Origin: Eledone cirrhosa
Lineage: Eukaryota
Length of the DNA stretch: 64,000 bases
Assembly: GCA_964016885.1 (NCBI GenBank)
Contig: OZ024742.1
Location: 184,946,001-185,010,000, forward strand
Direction: 5' to 3'
This document shows positions 23,401 to 35,960 of the stretch, piece by piece (positions within the stretch are counted from its first letter, which is position 1; each line of letters begins with the position of its first letter). The notes beneath the pieces were generated by a model that was not told the DNA's origin, did no database searches, and was given only the letters and a program-made list of their open reading frames with translations. The position numbers were made by a program, and so were the translations under genes.

Positions 23401-26067
23401 GTTAAGTTCGGGTTAAGATAAGTTGGGGTTAAGTTAAGTTGGGGTTGAGTTAAGTTGGGGTTGAGTTAATTTGGGGTTAAGTTAAGTTGGGGTTAACTTA
23501 AGTTGGGGTTAAGTTAAGTTGGCGTTCAGTTAAGTTGCGGTTAAGTTAAGTTGGGGTTAACTTAAGTCGGGTTTAAGTTAAGTTGGGGTTAAGTTAAGTT
23601 GGGGTCAAGTTAAGTTGGGGTTAAGTTAAGTTGGGGTTAAGTTAAGTTGGGGTTAAGTTAAGTCGGGGTTAAGTTAAGTTGGGGTTAAGTTAAGTTGGGG
23701 TTAAGTTAAGTTGGGGTCAAGTTAAGTTGGGGTTAAGTTAAGTTGGGGTTAAGTTAAGTTGGGGTTAAGTTAAGTCGCGGTTAAGTTAAGTTGGGGTTAA
23801 GTTAAGATGGGGTTAAGTTAAGTTGTGGTTAAGTTAAGTTGGGGTTAAGATAAGTTGGGGTTAAGTTAAGTTGCGGTTGAGTTAAGTTGGGGTTGAGTTA
23901 ATTGGGGTTAAGTTAAGTTGGGGTTAACTTAAGTTGGGTTTAAGTTAAGTTGGGGTTAAGTTAAGTTGGGGTTAAATTAAGTTGGGGTTATGATAAGTTG
24001 GGGTTAAGTTAAGTCGGGGTTAAGTTATGTCGGGGTTAAGTTAAGTTGGGGTTAAGTTAACTTGGTGTTAAGTTAAGTTGGGGTTCAGTTAAGTTGGGGT
24101 TGAGTTAAGTTGGGGGTCAAGTTAAGTTGGGGTTAAGCTAAGTTGGGGTTAAGTTAAGTTGGGGTTAAATTAAGCTGGGTTTAAGTTAAGTTGGGGTTAA
24201 GTTAAGTTGGGGTTAAGTTAAGTTGGGGTTAAGTTAAGTTGAGGTTAAGTTAAGTTGGGGTTAAATTCAGTTGGGGTTAACTTAAGTTGGGGTTAAGTTA
24301 AGTTGGGGTTAAGTTAAGTTGAGTTTAAGTTAAGTTGGAGTTAATTTAAGTTGAGGTTAAGTTAAGTTGTGGTAAAGTTAAGTTGGGGTTAAGTTAAGTT
24401 GGGGTTAAGTTAAGTTGGGGTTCAGTTAAGTTGGGGTTAAGTTAAGTAGGGGTTCAGTTGGGGTTAAATTAAGTTGGGGTTAAGTTAAGTTGGGGTTAAG
24501 TTAAGTTGGGGTTAAGTTAAGTTGGGGTTAAGTTAAGTTGGGGTTAAGTTAAGTTGGGGTTGAGTTAAGTTGGGGTTAAGTTAAGTCGGGGTTAAGTTAA
24601 GTTGGGGTTAAGTTAAGTTGGGGTTAAGTTAAGTTGGGGTTAAGTTAAGTTGGGGTTGAGTTAAGTTGGGGTTAAGTTAAGTTGGGTTTAAGTTAAGTTG
24701 GGGTTAAGTTAAGTTGGGGTTAAGTTAAGGTGGGGTTAAGTTAAGTTGGGGTTAAGTTAAGTCGGGGTTAAGTTAAGTTGGGGTTAAGTTAAGTTGGGGT
24801 TAAGTTAAGTTGGGGTTAAGTTAAGTTCGGGTTAAGATAAGTTGGGGTTAAGTTAAGTTGGGGTTGAGTTAAGTTGGGGTTGAGTTAATTTGGGGTTAAG
24901 TTAAGTTGGGGTTAACTTAAGTTGGGGTTAAGTTAAGTTGGCGTTCAGTTAAGTTGCGGTTAAGTTAAGTTGGGGTTAACTTAAGTCGGGTTTAAGTTAA
25001 GTTGGGGTTAAGTTAAGTTGGGGTCAAGTTAAGTTGGGGTTAAGTTAAGTTGGGGTTAAGTTAAGTTGGGGTTAAGTTAAGTCGGGGTTAAGTTAAGTTG
25101 GGGTTAAGTTAAGTTGGGGTTAAGTTAAGTTGGGGTCAAGTTAAGTTGGGGTTAAGTTAAGTTGGGGTTAAGTTAAGTTGGGGTTAAGTTAAGTCGCGGT
25201 TAAGTTAAGTTGGGGTTAAGTTAAGATGGGGTTAAGTTAAGTTGTGGTTAAGTTAAGTTGGGGTTAAGATAAGTTGGGGTTAAGTTAAGTTGCGGTTGAG
25301 TTAAGTTGGGGTTGAGTTAATTGGGGTTAAGTTAAGTTGGGGTTAACTTAAGTTGGGTTTAAGTTAAGTTGGGGTTAAGTTAAGTTGGGGTTAAATTAAG
25401 TTGGGGTTATGATAAGTTGGGGTTAAGTTAAGTCGGGGTTAAGTTATGTCGGGGTTAAGTTAAGTTGGGGTTAAGTTAACTTGGTGTTAAGTTAAGTTGG
25501 GGTTCAGTTAAGTTGGGGTTGAGTTAAGTTGGGGGTCAAGTTAAGTTGGGGTTAAGCTAAGTTGGGGTTAAGTTAAGTTGGGGTTAAGTTAAGTTGGGGT
25601 TAATTTAAGTTTTGGTTAAGTTAAGTTGGGGTTAACTTAAGTTGGGGTTAAGTTAAGTTGGCGTTCAGTTAAGTTGCGGTTAAGTTAAGTTGGGGTTAAC
25701 TTAAGTCGGGGTTAAGTTAAGTTGGGGTTAAGTTAAGTTGGGGTCAAGTTAAGTTGGGGTTAAGTTAAGTTGGGGTTGAGTTAAGTTGGGGTTAAGTTAA
25801 GTCGGGGTTAAGTTAAGTTGGGGTTAAGTTAAGTTGGGGTTAAGTTAAGTTGGGGTCAAGTTAAGTTGGGGTTAAGTTAAGTTGGGGTTAAGTTAAGTTG
25901 GGGTTAAGTTAAGTCGCGGTTAGTTAAGTTGGGGTTAAGTTAAGATGGGGTTAAGTTAAGTTGTGGTTAAGTTAAGTTGGGGTTAAGCTAAGTTGGGGTT
26001 AAGTTAAGTTGCGGTTGAGTTAAGTTAGGTTTGAGTTAATTGGGGTTAAGTTAAGTTGGGGCTAAGT
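20471..26067 (+). repeat. Segmental duplication, copy B (partner 1-5565); contains the 1,419-bp tandem pair ~22740-25590
   Basis: Same markers as copy A. Internal pair markers are at 22756/24175 and 24138/25557, both at offset 1419. Confidence 0.92.
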
Positions 26068-29000
26068 TACGTTGGGGCTAAGTTAAGTTGGGGCTAAGTT
26101 AAGTTGGGGTTAAGTTAAGGTGGGGTTTAGTTAAGTTGGGGTTGAGTTAAGTTGGGGTTGAGTTAAGTTGGGGTTAAGTTAAGTTGGGGTTAAGTTAAGT
26201 TAGGGTTAACTTAAGTTGGGGTTAAGTTAAGTTTAGGTTAACTTAAGTTGGGGTTAAGTTAAGTTGGGGTTAAGTTAAGTTGGGGCTAAGTTAAGTTGGG
26301 GCTAAGTTAAGTTGGGGCTAAGTTAAGTTGGGGTTAAGTTAAGGTGGGGTTTAGTTAAGTTGGGGTTGAGTTAAGTTGGGGTTGAGTTAAGTTAGGGTTA
26401 AGTTAAGTTGGGGTTAAGTTAAGTTAGGGTTAACTTAAGTTGGGGTTAAGTTAAGTTGGGGTTGAGTTAAGTTGGGGTTTAATTAAGTTGGGGTTGAGTT
26501 AAGTTGGGGTTGAGTTAAGTTGGGCTTGAGTTAAGTTGGGGTTGAGTTAAGTTGGGCTTATCTTAAGTTGGGGTTAATTTAAGATGGGGTTAAGTTAAGT
26601 TGGGGTTAAGTTAATTTGGGGTTAAGTTAAGTTCGGGTTAAGTTAAGTTGGGGTTATGTTAAGTTGGGGTTAAGTTAAGTTGAGGTTAACTTAAGTTGGG
26701 GTTAAGTTAAGTTGGGGTTAAGTTAAGTTGGGGCTAAGTTAAGTTGGGGCTAAGTTAAGTTGGGGTTAAGTTAAGTTGGGGTTAAGTTAAGTTGGGGTCA
26801 ACTTAAGTTGGGGCTAAGTTAAGTTGGGGTTAAGTTAAGTTGGGGCTAAGTTAAGTTGGAGTTAAGTTAAGTTGGGGTTAAATTAAGTTGGGGTCAACGT
26901 AAGTTGGGGTTAAGTTAAGTTGGGGTTAAGTTAATTTGGGGGTAAGTTAAGTTGGGGTTAAGTTAAGTTGGGGTTAAGTTAAGTTGGGGTTAAGTTAAGT
27001 TGGGGCTGAGTTAAATTGGGGCTGTGTTAAGTTGGGGTTAAGTTAAGTTGGGGTTAAGTTAAGTTGGGGTTAAGTTGGGGTTAAATTAAGTTGGGGTTAA
27101 TTTAAGTTGGGGTTAAGTTAAGTTGGGTTTAGGTTAAGTTGGGGTTGAGTTAAGTTGGGGTTAAGTTAAGTTGGGGTTAATTTAAGTTGGGGTTAAGTTA
27201 AGTTGGGGCTGAGTTAAGTTGGGGTTAAGTTAAGTTGGGGTTGAGTTAAGTTGGGGTTAAGTTAAGTTGGAGTTAAGTTAAGTCGGGGTTAAGTTAAGTT
27301 GGGGTTAAGTTAAGTTGGGGTTAAGTTAAGTTGGGGTTAAGTTAAGTTGGGGTTAAGTTAAGTTGGGGTTAAGATAAGTTGGGGTTAAGTTAAGTTGGGG
27401 TTGAGTTAAGTTGGGGTTGAGTTAATTTGGGGTTAAGTTAAGTTGGGGTTAACTTAAGTTGGGGTTCAGTTAAGTTGCCGTTCAGTTAAGTTGCGGTGAA
27501 GTTAAGTTGGGGTTAACTTAAGTCGGGGTTAAGTTAAGTTGGGGTTAAGTTAAGTTGGGGTCAAGTTAAGTTGGGGTTAAGTTAAGTTGGGGTTATGTTA
27601 AGTTGGGGTTAAGTTAAGTTGGGGTTAAGTTAAGTCGGGGTTAAGTTAAGTTGGGGTTAAGTTAAGTTGGGGATAAGTTAAGTTGGGGTCAAGTTAAGTT
27701 GGGGTTAAGTTAAGTTGGGGTTAAGTTAAGTCGCGGTTAAGTTAAGTTGGGGTTAAGTTAAGATGGGGTTAATTTAAGTTGGGGTTAAGTTAAGTTGGGG
27801 TTAAGATAAGTTGGGGTTAAGTTAAGTTGGGGTTGAGTTAAGTTGGGGTTGAGTTAATTGGGGTTAAGTTAAGTTGGGGTTAACTTAAGTTGGGTTTAAG
27901 TTAAGTTGGGGTTAAGTTAAGTTGGGGTTAAATTAAGTTGGGGTTAAGATAAGTTGGGGTTAAGTTAAGTCGGGGTTAAGTTAAGTCGGGGTTAAGTTAA
28001 GTTGGGGTTAAGTTAACTTGGTGTTAAGTTAAGTTGGGGCTCAGTTAAGTTGGGGTTGAGTTAAGTTGGGGTCAATTTAAGTTGGGACTAAGCTAAGTTG
28101 GGGTTAAGTTAAGTTGGGGTTAAGTTAAGTTGGCGCTAAGTTTAGTGAAGGTTAAGTTAAGTTGGGGTTGAGTTAAGTTGGGGTTAAGTTAAGTTGGGGT
28201 TAAGTTAAGTTAGGGTTAAGTTAAGCTTGGGTTAAGTTAAGTTGGGGTTGAGTTAATTTGGGGTTGAGTTAAGTTGGGGTTGAGTTAAGTTGGGGTTGAG
28301 TTAAGTTGGGGTTAAGTTAAGTTGGGGTTAACTTAAGTTGGTGTTAAGTTAAGTTGGGGTCAATTTAAGTTGAGGTTAAGTTAACTTAGGATTAAGTTAA
28401 GTTGGGGTTAACTTAAATTGAGGTTAAGATAAGTTGGGGTTAAGTTAAGTTGGGGGTAAGTTAAGTTGGGGGTAAGTTAAGTTTGGGTTAAGTTGGGGTT
28501 AAGTTAAGTTAGGGTTAAGTTACGTTGGGGTTGAGTTAAGTTGGGGTTAATTTAAATTGGGGTTAAGTTAACTTTGTGGTTCAGTTAAGTTGGGGTTAAG
28601 TTAAGTTGGGGCTTATTTAAGTTGGGGTTAAGTTAAGTTGTGGTTAAGTTAAGTTGGGGTTAAGTTAAGTTGGGGTTAAGTTAAGTTGGGGTTAAGTTAA
28701 GTTGGGGTTAAATTAAGCTGGGTTGAAGTTAAGTTGGGGTTAAGTTAAGTTGGGGTTAAGTTAAGTTGGGGTTAAGTTAAGTTGGGGTTAAGTTAAGTCG
28801 GGGTTAAGTTAATTTGGGGTTCAGTTAAGTTGGGGTTAAGTTAAGTTGGGGCTTATTTAAGTTGGGGTTAAGTTAAGTTGTGGTTAAGTTAAGTTGGGGT
28901 TAAGTTAAGTCGGGGTTAAGTTAAGTCGGGGTTAAGTTATAATGTGGTTAAGTTAAGTTGGGGTTAAGTTAAGTTGGGGTTAAGTTAAGTTAGGGATAAG

Positions 29001-31080
29001 CTAAGTTGGCGTTAAGTTAAGTTGGGGTTAAGTTAAGTTGGGGTTAAGTTAAGTTGAGGTTAAGTTAAGTTGGGGTTAAATTCAGTTGGGGTTAACTTAA
29101 GTTGTGGTAAAGTTAAGTTGGGGTTAAGTTAAGTTGGGGTTAAGTTAAGTTGGGGTTCAGTTAAGTTGGGGTTAAGTTAAGTAGGGGTTCAGTTGGGGTT
29201 AAATTAAGTTGGGGTTAAGTTAAGTTGGGGTTAAGTTAAGTTGGGGTTAAGTTAAGTTGGGGTTAAGTTAAGTTGGGGTTAAGTTAAGTTGGGGTTGAGT
29301 TAAGTTGGGGTTAAGTTAAGTCGGGGTTAAGTTAAGTTGGGGTTAAGTTAAGTTGGGGTTAAGTTAAGTTGGGGTTAAGTTAAGTTGGGGTTGAGTTAAG
29401 TTGGGGTTAAGTTAAGTTGGGTTTAAGTTAAGTTGGGGTTAAGTTAAGTTGGGGTTAAGTTAAGGTGGGGTTAAGTTAAGTTGGGGTTAAGTTAAGTCGG
29501 GGTTAAGTTAAGTTGGGGTTAAGTTAAGTTGGGGTTAAGTTAAGTTGGGGTTAAGTTAAGTTCGGGTTAAGATAAGTTGGGGTTAAGTTAAGTTGGGGTT
29601 GAGTTAAGTTGGGGTTGAGTTAATTTGGGGTTAAGTTAAGTTGAGGTTAACTTAAGTTGGGGTTAAGTTAAGTTGGCGTTCAGTTAAGTTGCGGTTAAGT
29701 TAAGTTGGGGTTAACTTAAGTCGGGTTTAAGTTAAGTTGGGGTTAAGTTAAGTTGGGGTCAAGTTAAGTTGGGGTTAAGTTAAGTTGGGGTTAAGTTAAG
29801 TTGGGGTTAAGTTAAGTCGGGGTTAAGTTAAGTTGGGGTTAAGTTAAGTTGGGGTTAAGTTAAGTTGGGGTCAAGTTAAGTTGGGGTTAAGTTAAGTTGG
29901 GGTTAAGTTAAGTTGGGGTTAACTTAAGTCGGGTTTAAGTTAAGTTGGGGTTAAGTTAAGTTGGGGTTAAGTTAAGATGGGGTTAAGTTAAGTTGTGGTT
30001 AAGTTAAGTTGGGGTTAAGATAAGTTGGGGTTAAGTTAAGTTGCGGTTGAGTTAAGTTGGGGTTGAGTTAATTGGGGTTAAGTTAAGTTGGGGTTAACTT
30101 AAGTTGGGTTTAAGTTAAGTTGGGGTTAAGTTAAGTTGGGGTTAAATTAAGTTGGGGTTATGATAAGTTGGGGTTAAGTTAAGTCGGGGTTAAGTTATGT
30201 CGGGGTTAAGTTAAGTTAGGGTTAAGTTAACTTGGTGTTAAGTTAAGTTGGGGTTCAGTTAAGTTGGGGTTGAGTTAAGTTGGGGGTCAAGTTAAGTTGG
30301 GGTTAAGCTAAGTTGGGGTTAAGTTAAGTTGGGGTTAAGTTAAGTTGGGGTTAATTTAAGTTTTGGTTAAGTTAAGTTGGGGTTAACTTAAGTTGGGGTT
30401 AAGTTAAGTTGGCGTTCAGTTAAGTTGCGGTTAAGTTAAGTTGGGGTTAACTTAAGTCGGGGTTAAGTTAAGTTGGGGTTAAGTTAAGTTGGGGTCAAGT
30501 TAAGTTGGGGTTAAGTTAAGTTGGGGTTAAGTTAAGTCGGGGTTAAGTTAAGTTGGGGTTAAGTTAAGTTGGGGTTAAGTTAAGTTGGGGTCAAGTTAAG
30601 TTGGGGTTAAGTTAAGTTGGGGTTAAGTTAAGTTGGGGTTAAGTTAAGTCGCGGTTAGTTAAGTTGGGGTTAAGTTAAGATGGGGTTAAGTTAAGTTGTG
30701 GTTAAGTTAAGTTGGGGTTAAGATAAGTTGGGGTTAAGTTAAGTTGCGGTTGAGTTAAGTTAGGTTTGAGTTAATTGGGGTTAAGTTAAGTTGGGGCTAA
30801 GTTAAGTTGGGGCTAAGTTAAGTTGGGGCTAAGTTAAGTTGGGGTTAAGTTAAGGTGGGGTTTAGTTAAGTTGGGGTTGAGTTAAGTTGGGGTTGAGTTA
30901 AGTTGGGGTTAAGTTAAGTTGGGGTTAAGTTAAGTTAGGGTTAACTTAAGTTGGGGTTAAGTTAAGTTTAGGTTAACTTAAGTTGGGGTTAAGTTAAGTT
31001 GGGGTTAAGTTAAGTTGGGGCTAAGTTAAGTTGGGGCTAAGTTAAGTTGGGGTTAAGTTAAGTTGGGGTTAAGTTAAGTT

Positions 31081-34000
31081 GGGGTCAACTTAAGTTGGGG
31101 CTAAGTTAAGTTGGGGTTAAGTTAAGTTGGGGCTAAGTTAAGTTGGAGTTAAGTTAAGTTGGGGTTAAATTAAGTTGGGGTCAACTTAAGTTGGGGTTAA
31201 GTTAAGTTGGGGTTAAGTTAATTTGGGGGTAAGTTAAGTTGGGGTTAAGTTAAGTTGGGGTTAAGTTAAGTTGGGGTTAAGTTAAGTTGGGGCTGAGTTA
31301 AATTGGGGCTGTGTTAAGTTGGGGTTAAGTTAAGTTGGGGTTAAGTTAAGTTGGGGTTAAGTTAAGTTGGGGTTAAGTTGGGGTTAAATTAAGTTGGGGT
31401 TAATTTAAGTTGGGGTTAAGTTAAGTTGGGTTTAGGTTAAGTTGGGGTTGAGTTAAGTTGGGGTTAAGTTAAGTTGGGGTTAATTTAAGTTGGGGTTAAG
31501 TTAAGTTGGGGCTGAGTTAAGTTGGGGTTAAGTTAAGTTGGGGTTGAGTTAAGTTGGGGTTAAGTTAAGTTGGAGTTAAGTTAAGTCGGGGTTAAGTTAA
31601 GTTGGGGTTAAGTTAAGTTGGGGTTAAGTTAAGTTGGGGTTAAGTTAAGTTGGGGTTAAGTTAAGTTGGGGTTAAGATAAGTTGGGGTTAAGTTAAGTTG
31701 GGGTTGAGTTAAGTTGGGGTTGAGTTAATTTGGGGTTAAGTTAAGTTGGGGTTAACTTAAGTTGGGGTTCAGTTAAGTTGGCGTTCAGTTAAGTTGCGGT
31801 GAAGTTAAGTTGGGGTTAACTTAAGTCGGGGTTAAGTTAAGTTGGGGTTAAGTTAAGTTGGGGTCAAGTTAAGTTGGGGTTAAGTTAAGTTGGGGTTATG
31901 TTAAGTTGGGGTTAAGTTAAGTTGGGGTTAAGTTAAGTCGGGGTTAAGTTAAGTTGGGGTTAAGTTAAGTTGGGGATAAGTTAAGTTGGGGTCAAGTTAA
32001 GTTGGGGTTAAGTTAAGTTGGAGTTAAGTTAAGTCCCGGTTAAGTTAAGTTGGGGTTAAGTTAAGATGGGGTTAAGTTAAGTTGGGGTTAAGTTAAGTTG
32101 GGGTTAAGATAAGTTGGGGTTAAGTTAAGTTGGGGTTGAGTTAAGTTGGGGTTGAGTTAATTGGGGTTAAGTTAAGTTGGGGTTAACTTAAGTTGGGTTT
32201 AAGTTAAGTTGGGGTTAAGTTAAGTTGGGGTTAAATTAAGTTGGGGTTAAGATAAGTTGGGGTTAAGTTAAGTCGGGGTTAAGTTAAGTCGGGGTTAAGT
32301 TAAGTTGGGGTTAAGTTAACTTGGTGTTAAGTTAAGTTGGGGCTCAGTTAAGTTGGGGTTGAGTTAAGTTGGGGTCAATTTAAGTTGGGACTAAGCTAAG
32401 TTGGGGTTAAGTTAAGTTGGGGTTAAGTTAAGTTGGCGCTAAGTTTAGTGAAGGTTAAGTTAAGTTGGGGTTGAGTTAAGTTGGGGTTAAGTTAAGTTGG
32501 GGTTAAGTTAAGTTAGGGTTAAGTTAAGCTTGGGTTAAGTTAAGTTGGGGTTGAGTTAATTTGGGGTTGAGTTAAGTTGGGGTTGAGTTAAGTTGGGGTT
32601 GAGTTAAGTTGGGGTTAAGTTAAGTTGGGGTTAACTTAAGTTGGTGTTAAGTTAAGTTGGGGTCAATTTAAGTTGAGGTTAAGTTAACTTGGGATCAAGT
32701 TAAGTTGGGGTTAACTTAAATTGAGGTTAAGATAAGTTGGGGTTAAGTTAAGTTGGGGGTAAGTTAAGTTGGGGGTAAGTTAAGTTTGGGTTAAGTTGGG
32801 GTTAAGTTAAGTTAGGGTTAAGTTACGTTGGGGTTGAGTTAAGTTGGGGTTAATTTAAATTGGGGTTAAGTTAACTTTGTGGTTCAGTTAAGTTGGGGTT
32901 AAGTTAAGTTGGGGCTTATTTAAGTTGGGGTTAAGTTAAGTTGTGGTTAAGTTAAGTTGGGGTTAAGTTAAGTTGGGGTTAAGTTAAGTTGGGGTTAAGT
33001 TAAGTTGGGGTTAAATTAAGCTGGGTTGAAGTTAAGTTGGGGTTAAGTTAAGTTGGGGTTAAGTTAAGTTGGGGTTAAGTTAAGTTGGGGTTAAGTTAAG
33101 TCGGGGTTAAGTTAATTTGGGGTTCAGTTAAGTTGGGGTTAAGTTAAGTTGGGGCTTATTTAAGTTGGGGTTAAGTTAAGTTGTGGTTAAGTTAAGTTGG
33201 GGTTAAGTTAAGTCGGGGTTAAGTTAAGTCGGGGTTAAGTTAAGTTGTGGTTAAGTTAAGTTGGGGTTAAGTTAAGTTGGGGTTAAGTTAAGTTAGGGAT
33301 AAGCTAAGTTGGCGTTAAGTTAAGTTGGGGTTAAGTTAAGTTGGGGTTAAGTTAAGTTGTGGTTAAGTTAAGTTGGGGCTGAGTTAAGTTGGGGTCAAGT
33401 TAAGTTGGGGTTGAGTTAAGTTGGGGTTAAGTTAACTTGGGGTTAATTTAAGTTGGGGTTAAGTCAAATTGGGTTTGAGTTAAGTTAGGGTTAAGTTAAG
33501 TTGGGGTTAAGTTAAGTTGGGGTTAAGTTAAGTTGGGGTTAAGTTAAGTTGGGGTCAACTTAAGTTGGGGCTAAGTTAAGTTGGGGTTAAGTTAAGTTGG
33601 GGCTAAGTTAAGTTGGAGTTAAGTTAAGTTGGGGTTAAATTAAGTTGGGGTCAACTTAAGTTGGGGTTAAGTTAAGTTGGGGTTAAGTTAATTTGGGGGT
33701 AAGTTAAGTTGGGGTTAAGTTAAGTTGGGGTTAAGTTAAGTTGGGGTTAAGTTAAGTTGGGGCTGAGTTAAATTGGGGCTGTGTTAAGTTGGGGTTAAGT
33801 TAAGTTGGGGTTAAGTTAAGTTGGGGTTAAGTTAAGTTGGGGTTAAGTTGGGGTTAAATTAAGTTGGGGTTAATTTAAGTTGGGGTTAAGTTAAGTTGGG
33901 TTTAGGTTAAGTTGGGGTTGAGTTAAGTTGGGGTTAAGTTAAGTTGGGGTTAATTTAAGTTGGGGTTAAGTTAAGTTGGGGCTGAGTTAAGTTGGGGTTA

Positions 34001-35960
34001 AGTTAAGTTGGGGTTGAGTTAAGTTGGGGTTAAGTTAAGTTGGAGTTAAGTTAAGTCGGGGTTAAGTTAAGTTGGGGTTAAGTTAAGTTGGGGTTAAGTT
34101 AAGTTGGGGTTAAGTTAAGTTGGGGTTAAGTTAAGTTGGGGTTAAGATAAGTTGGGGTTAAGTTAAGTTGGGGTTGAGTTAAGTTGGGGTTGAGTTAATT
34201 TGGGGTTAAGTTAAGTTGGGGTTAACTTAAGTTGGGGTTCAGTTAAGTTGGCGTTCAGTTAAGTTGCGGTGAAGTTAAGTTGGGGTTAACTTAAGTCGGG
34301 GTTAAGTTAAGTTGGGGTTAAGTTAAGTTGGGGTCAAGTTACGTTGGGGTTAAGTTAAGTTGGGGTTATGTTAAGTTGGGGTTAAGTTAAGTTGGGGTTA
34401 AGTTAAGTCGGGGTTAAGTTAAGTTGGGGTTAAGTTAAGTTGGGGATAAGTTAAGTTGGGGTCAAGTTAAGTTGGGGTTAAGTTAAGTTGGAGTTAAGTT
34501 AAGTCCCGGTTAAGTTAAGTTGGGGTTAAGTTAAGATGGGGTTAAGTTAAGTTGGGGTTAAGTTAAGTTGGGGTTGAGTTAAGTTGGGGTTGAGTTAATT
34601 GGGGTTAAGTTAAGTTGGGGTTAACTTAAGTTGGGTTTAAGTTAAGTTGGGGTTAAGTTAAGTTGGGGTTAAATTAAGTTGGGGTTAAGATAAGTTGGGG
34701 TTAAGTTAAGTCGGGGTTAAGTTAAGTCGGGGTTAAGTTAAGTTGGGGTTAAGTTAACTTGGTGTTAAGTTAAGTTGGGGCTCAGTTAAGTTGGGGTTGA
34801 GTTAAGTTGGGGTCAATTTAAGTTGGGACTAAGCTAAGTTGGGGTTAAGTTAAGTTGGGGTTAAGTTAAGTTGGCGCTAAGTTTAGTGAAGGTTAAGTTA
34901 AGTTGGGGTTGAGTTAAGTTGGGGTTAAGTTAAGTTGGGGTTAAGTTAAGTTAGGGTTAAGTTAAGCTTGGGTTAAGTTAAGTTGGGGTTGAGTTAATTT
35001 GGGGTTGAGTTAAGTTGGGGTTGAGTTAAGTTGGGGTTGAGTTAAGTTGGGGTTAAGTTAAGTTGGGGTTAACTTAAGTTGGTGTTAAGTTAAGTTGGGG
35101 TCAATTTAAGTTGAGGTTAAGTTAACTTGGGATCAAGTTAAGTTGGGGTTAACTTAAATTGAGGTTAAGATAAGTTGGGGTTAAGTTAAGTTGGGGGTAA
35201 GTTAAGTTGGGGGTAAGTTAAGTTTGGGTTAAGTTGGGGTTAAGTTAAGTTAGGGTTAAGTTACGTTGGGGTTGAGTTAAGTTGGGGTTAATTTAAATTG
35301 GGGTTAAGTTAACTTTGTGGTTCAGTTAAGTTGGGGTTAAGTTAAGTTGGGGCTTATTTAAGTTGGGGTTAAGTTAAGTTGTGGTTAAGTTAAGTTGGGG
35401 TTAAGTTAAGTTGGGGTTAAGTTAAGTTGGGGTTAAGTTAAGTTGGGGTTAAATTAAGCTGGGTTGAAGTTAAGTTGGGGTTAAGTTAAGTTGGGGTTAA
35501 GTTAAGTTGGGGTTAAGTTAAGTTGGGGTTAAGTTAAGTCGGGGTTAAGTTAATTTGGGGTTCAGTTAAGTTGGGGTTAAGTTAAGTTGGGGCTTATTTA
35601 AGTTGGGGTTAAGTTAAGTTGTGGTTAAGTTAAGTTGGGGTTAAGTTAAGTCGGGGTTAAGTTAAGTCGGGGTTAAGTTAAGTTGTGGTTAAGTTAAGTT
35701 GGGGTTAAGTTAAGTTGGGGTTAAGTTAAGTTAGGGATAAGCTAAGTTGGCGTTAAGTTAAGTTGGGGTTAAGTTAAGTTGGGGTTAAGTTAAGTTGTGG
35801 TTAAGTTAAGTTGGGGCTGAGTTAAGTTGGGGTCAAGTTAAGTTGGGGTTGAGTTAAGTTGGGGTTAAGTTAACTTGGGGTTAATTTAAGTTGGGGTTAA
35901 GTCAAATTGGGTTTGAGTTAAGTTAGGGTTAAGTTAAGTTGGGGTTAAGTTAAGTTGGGG
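31081..35960 (+). repeat. Tandem higher-order repeat, period 2,470 bp
   Basis: ggggtcaact 31081/33551 and aagtcccggt 32031/34501 match at offset 2470. gggatcaag 32691/35129 matches at 2438, after a 32-bp indel. Confidence 0.88.
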
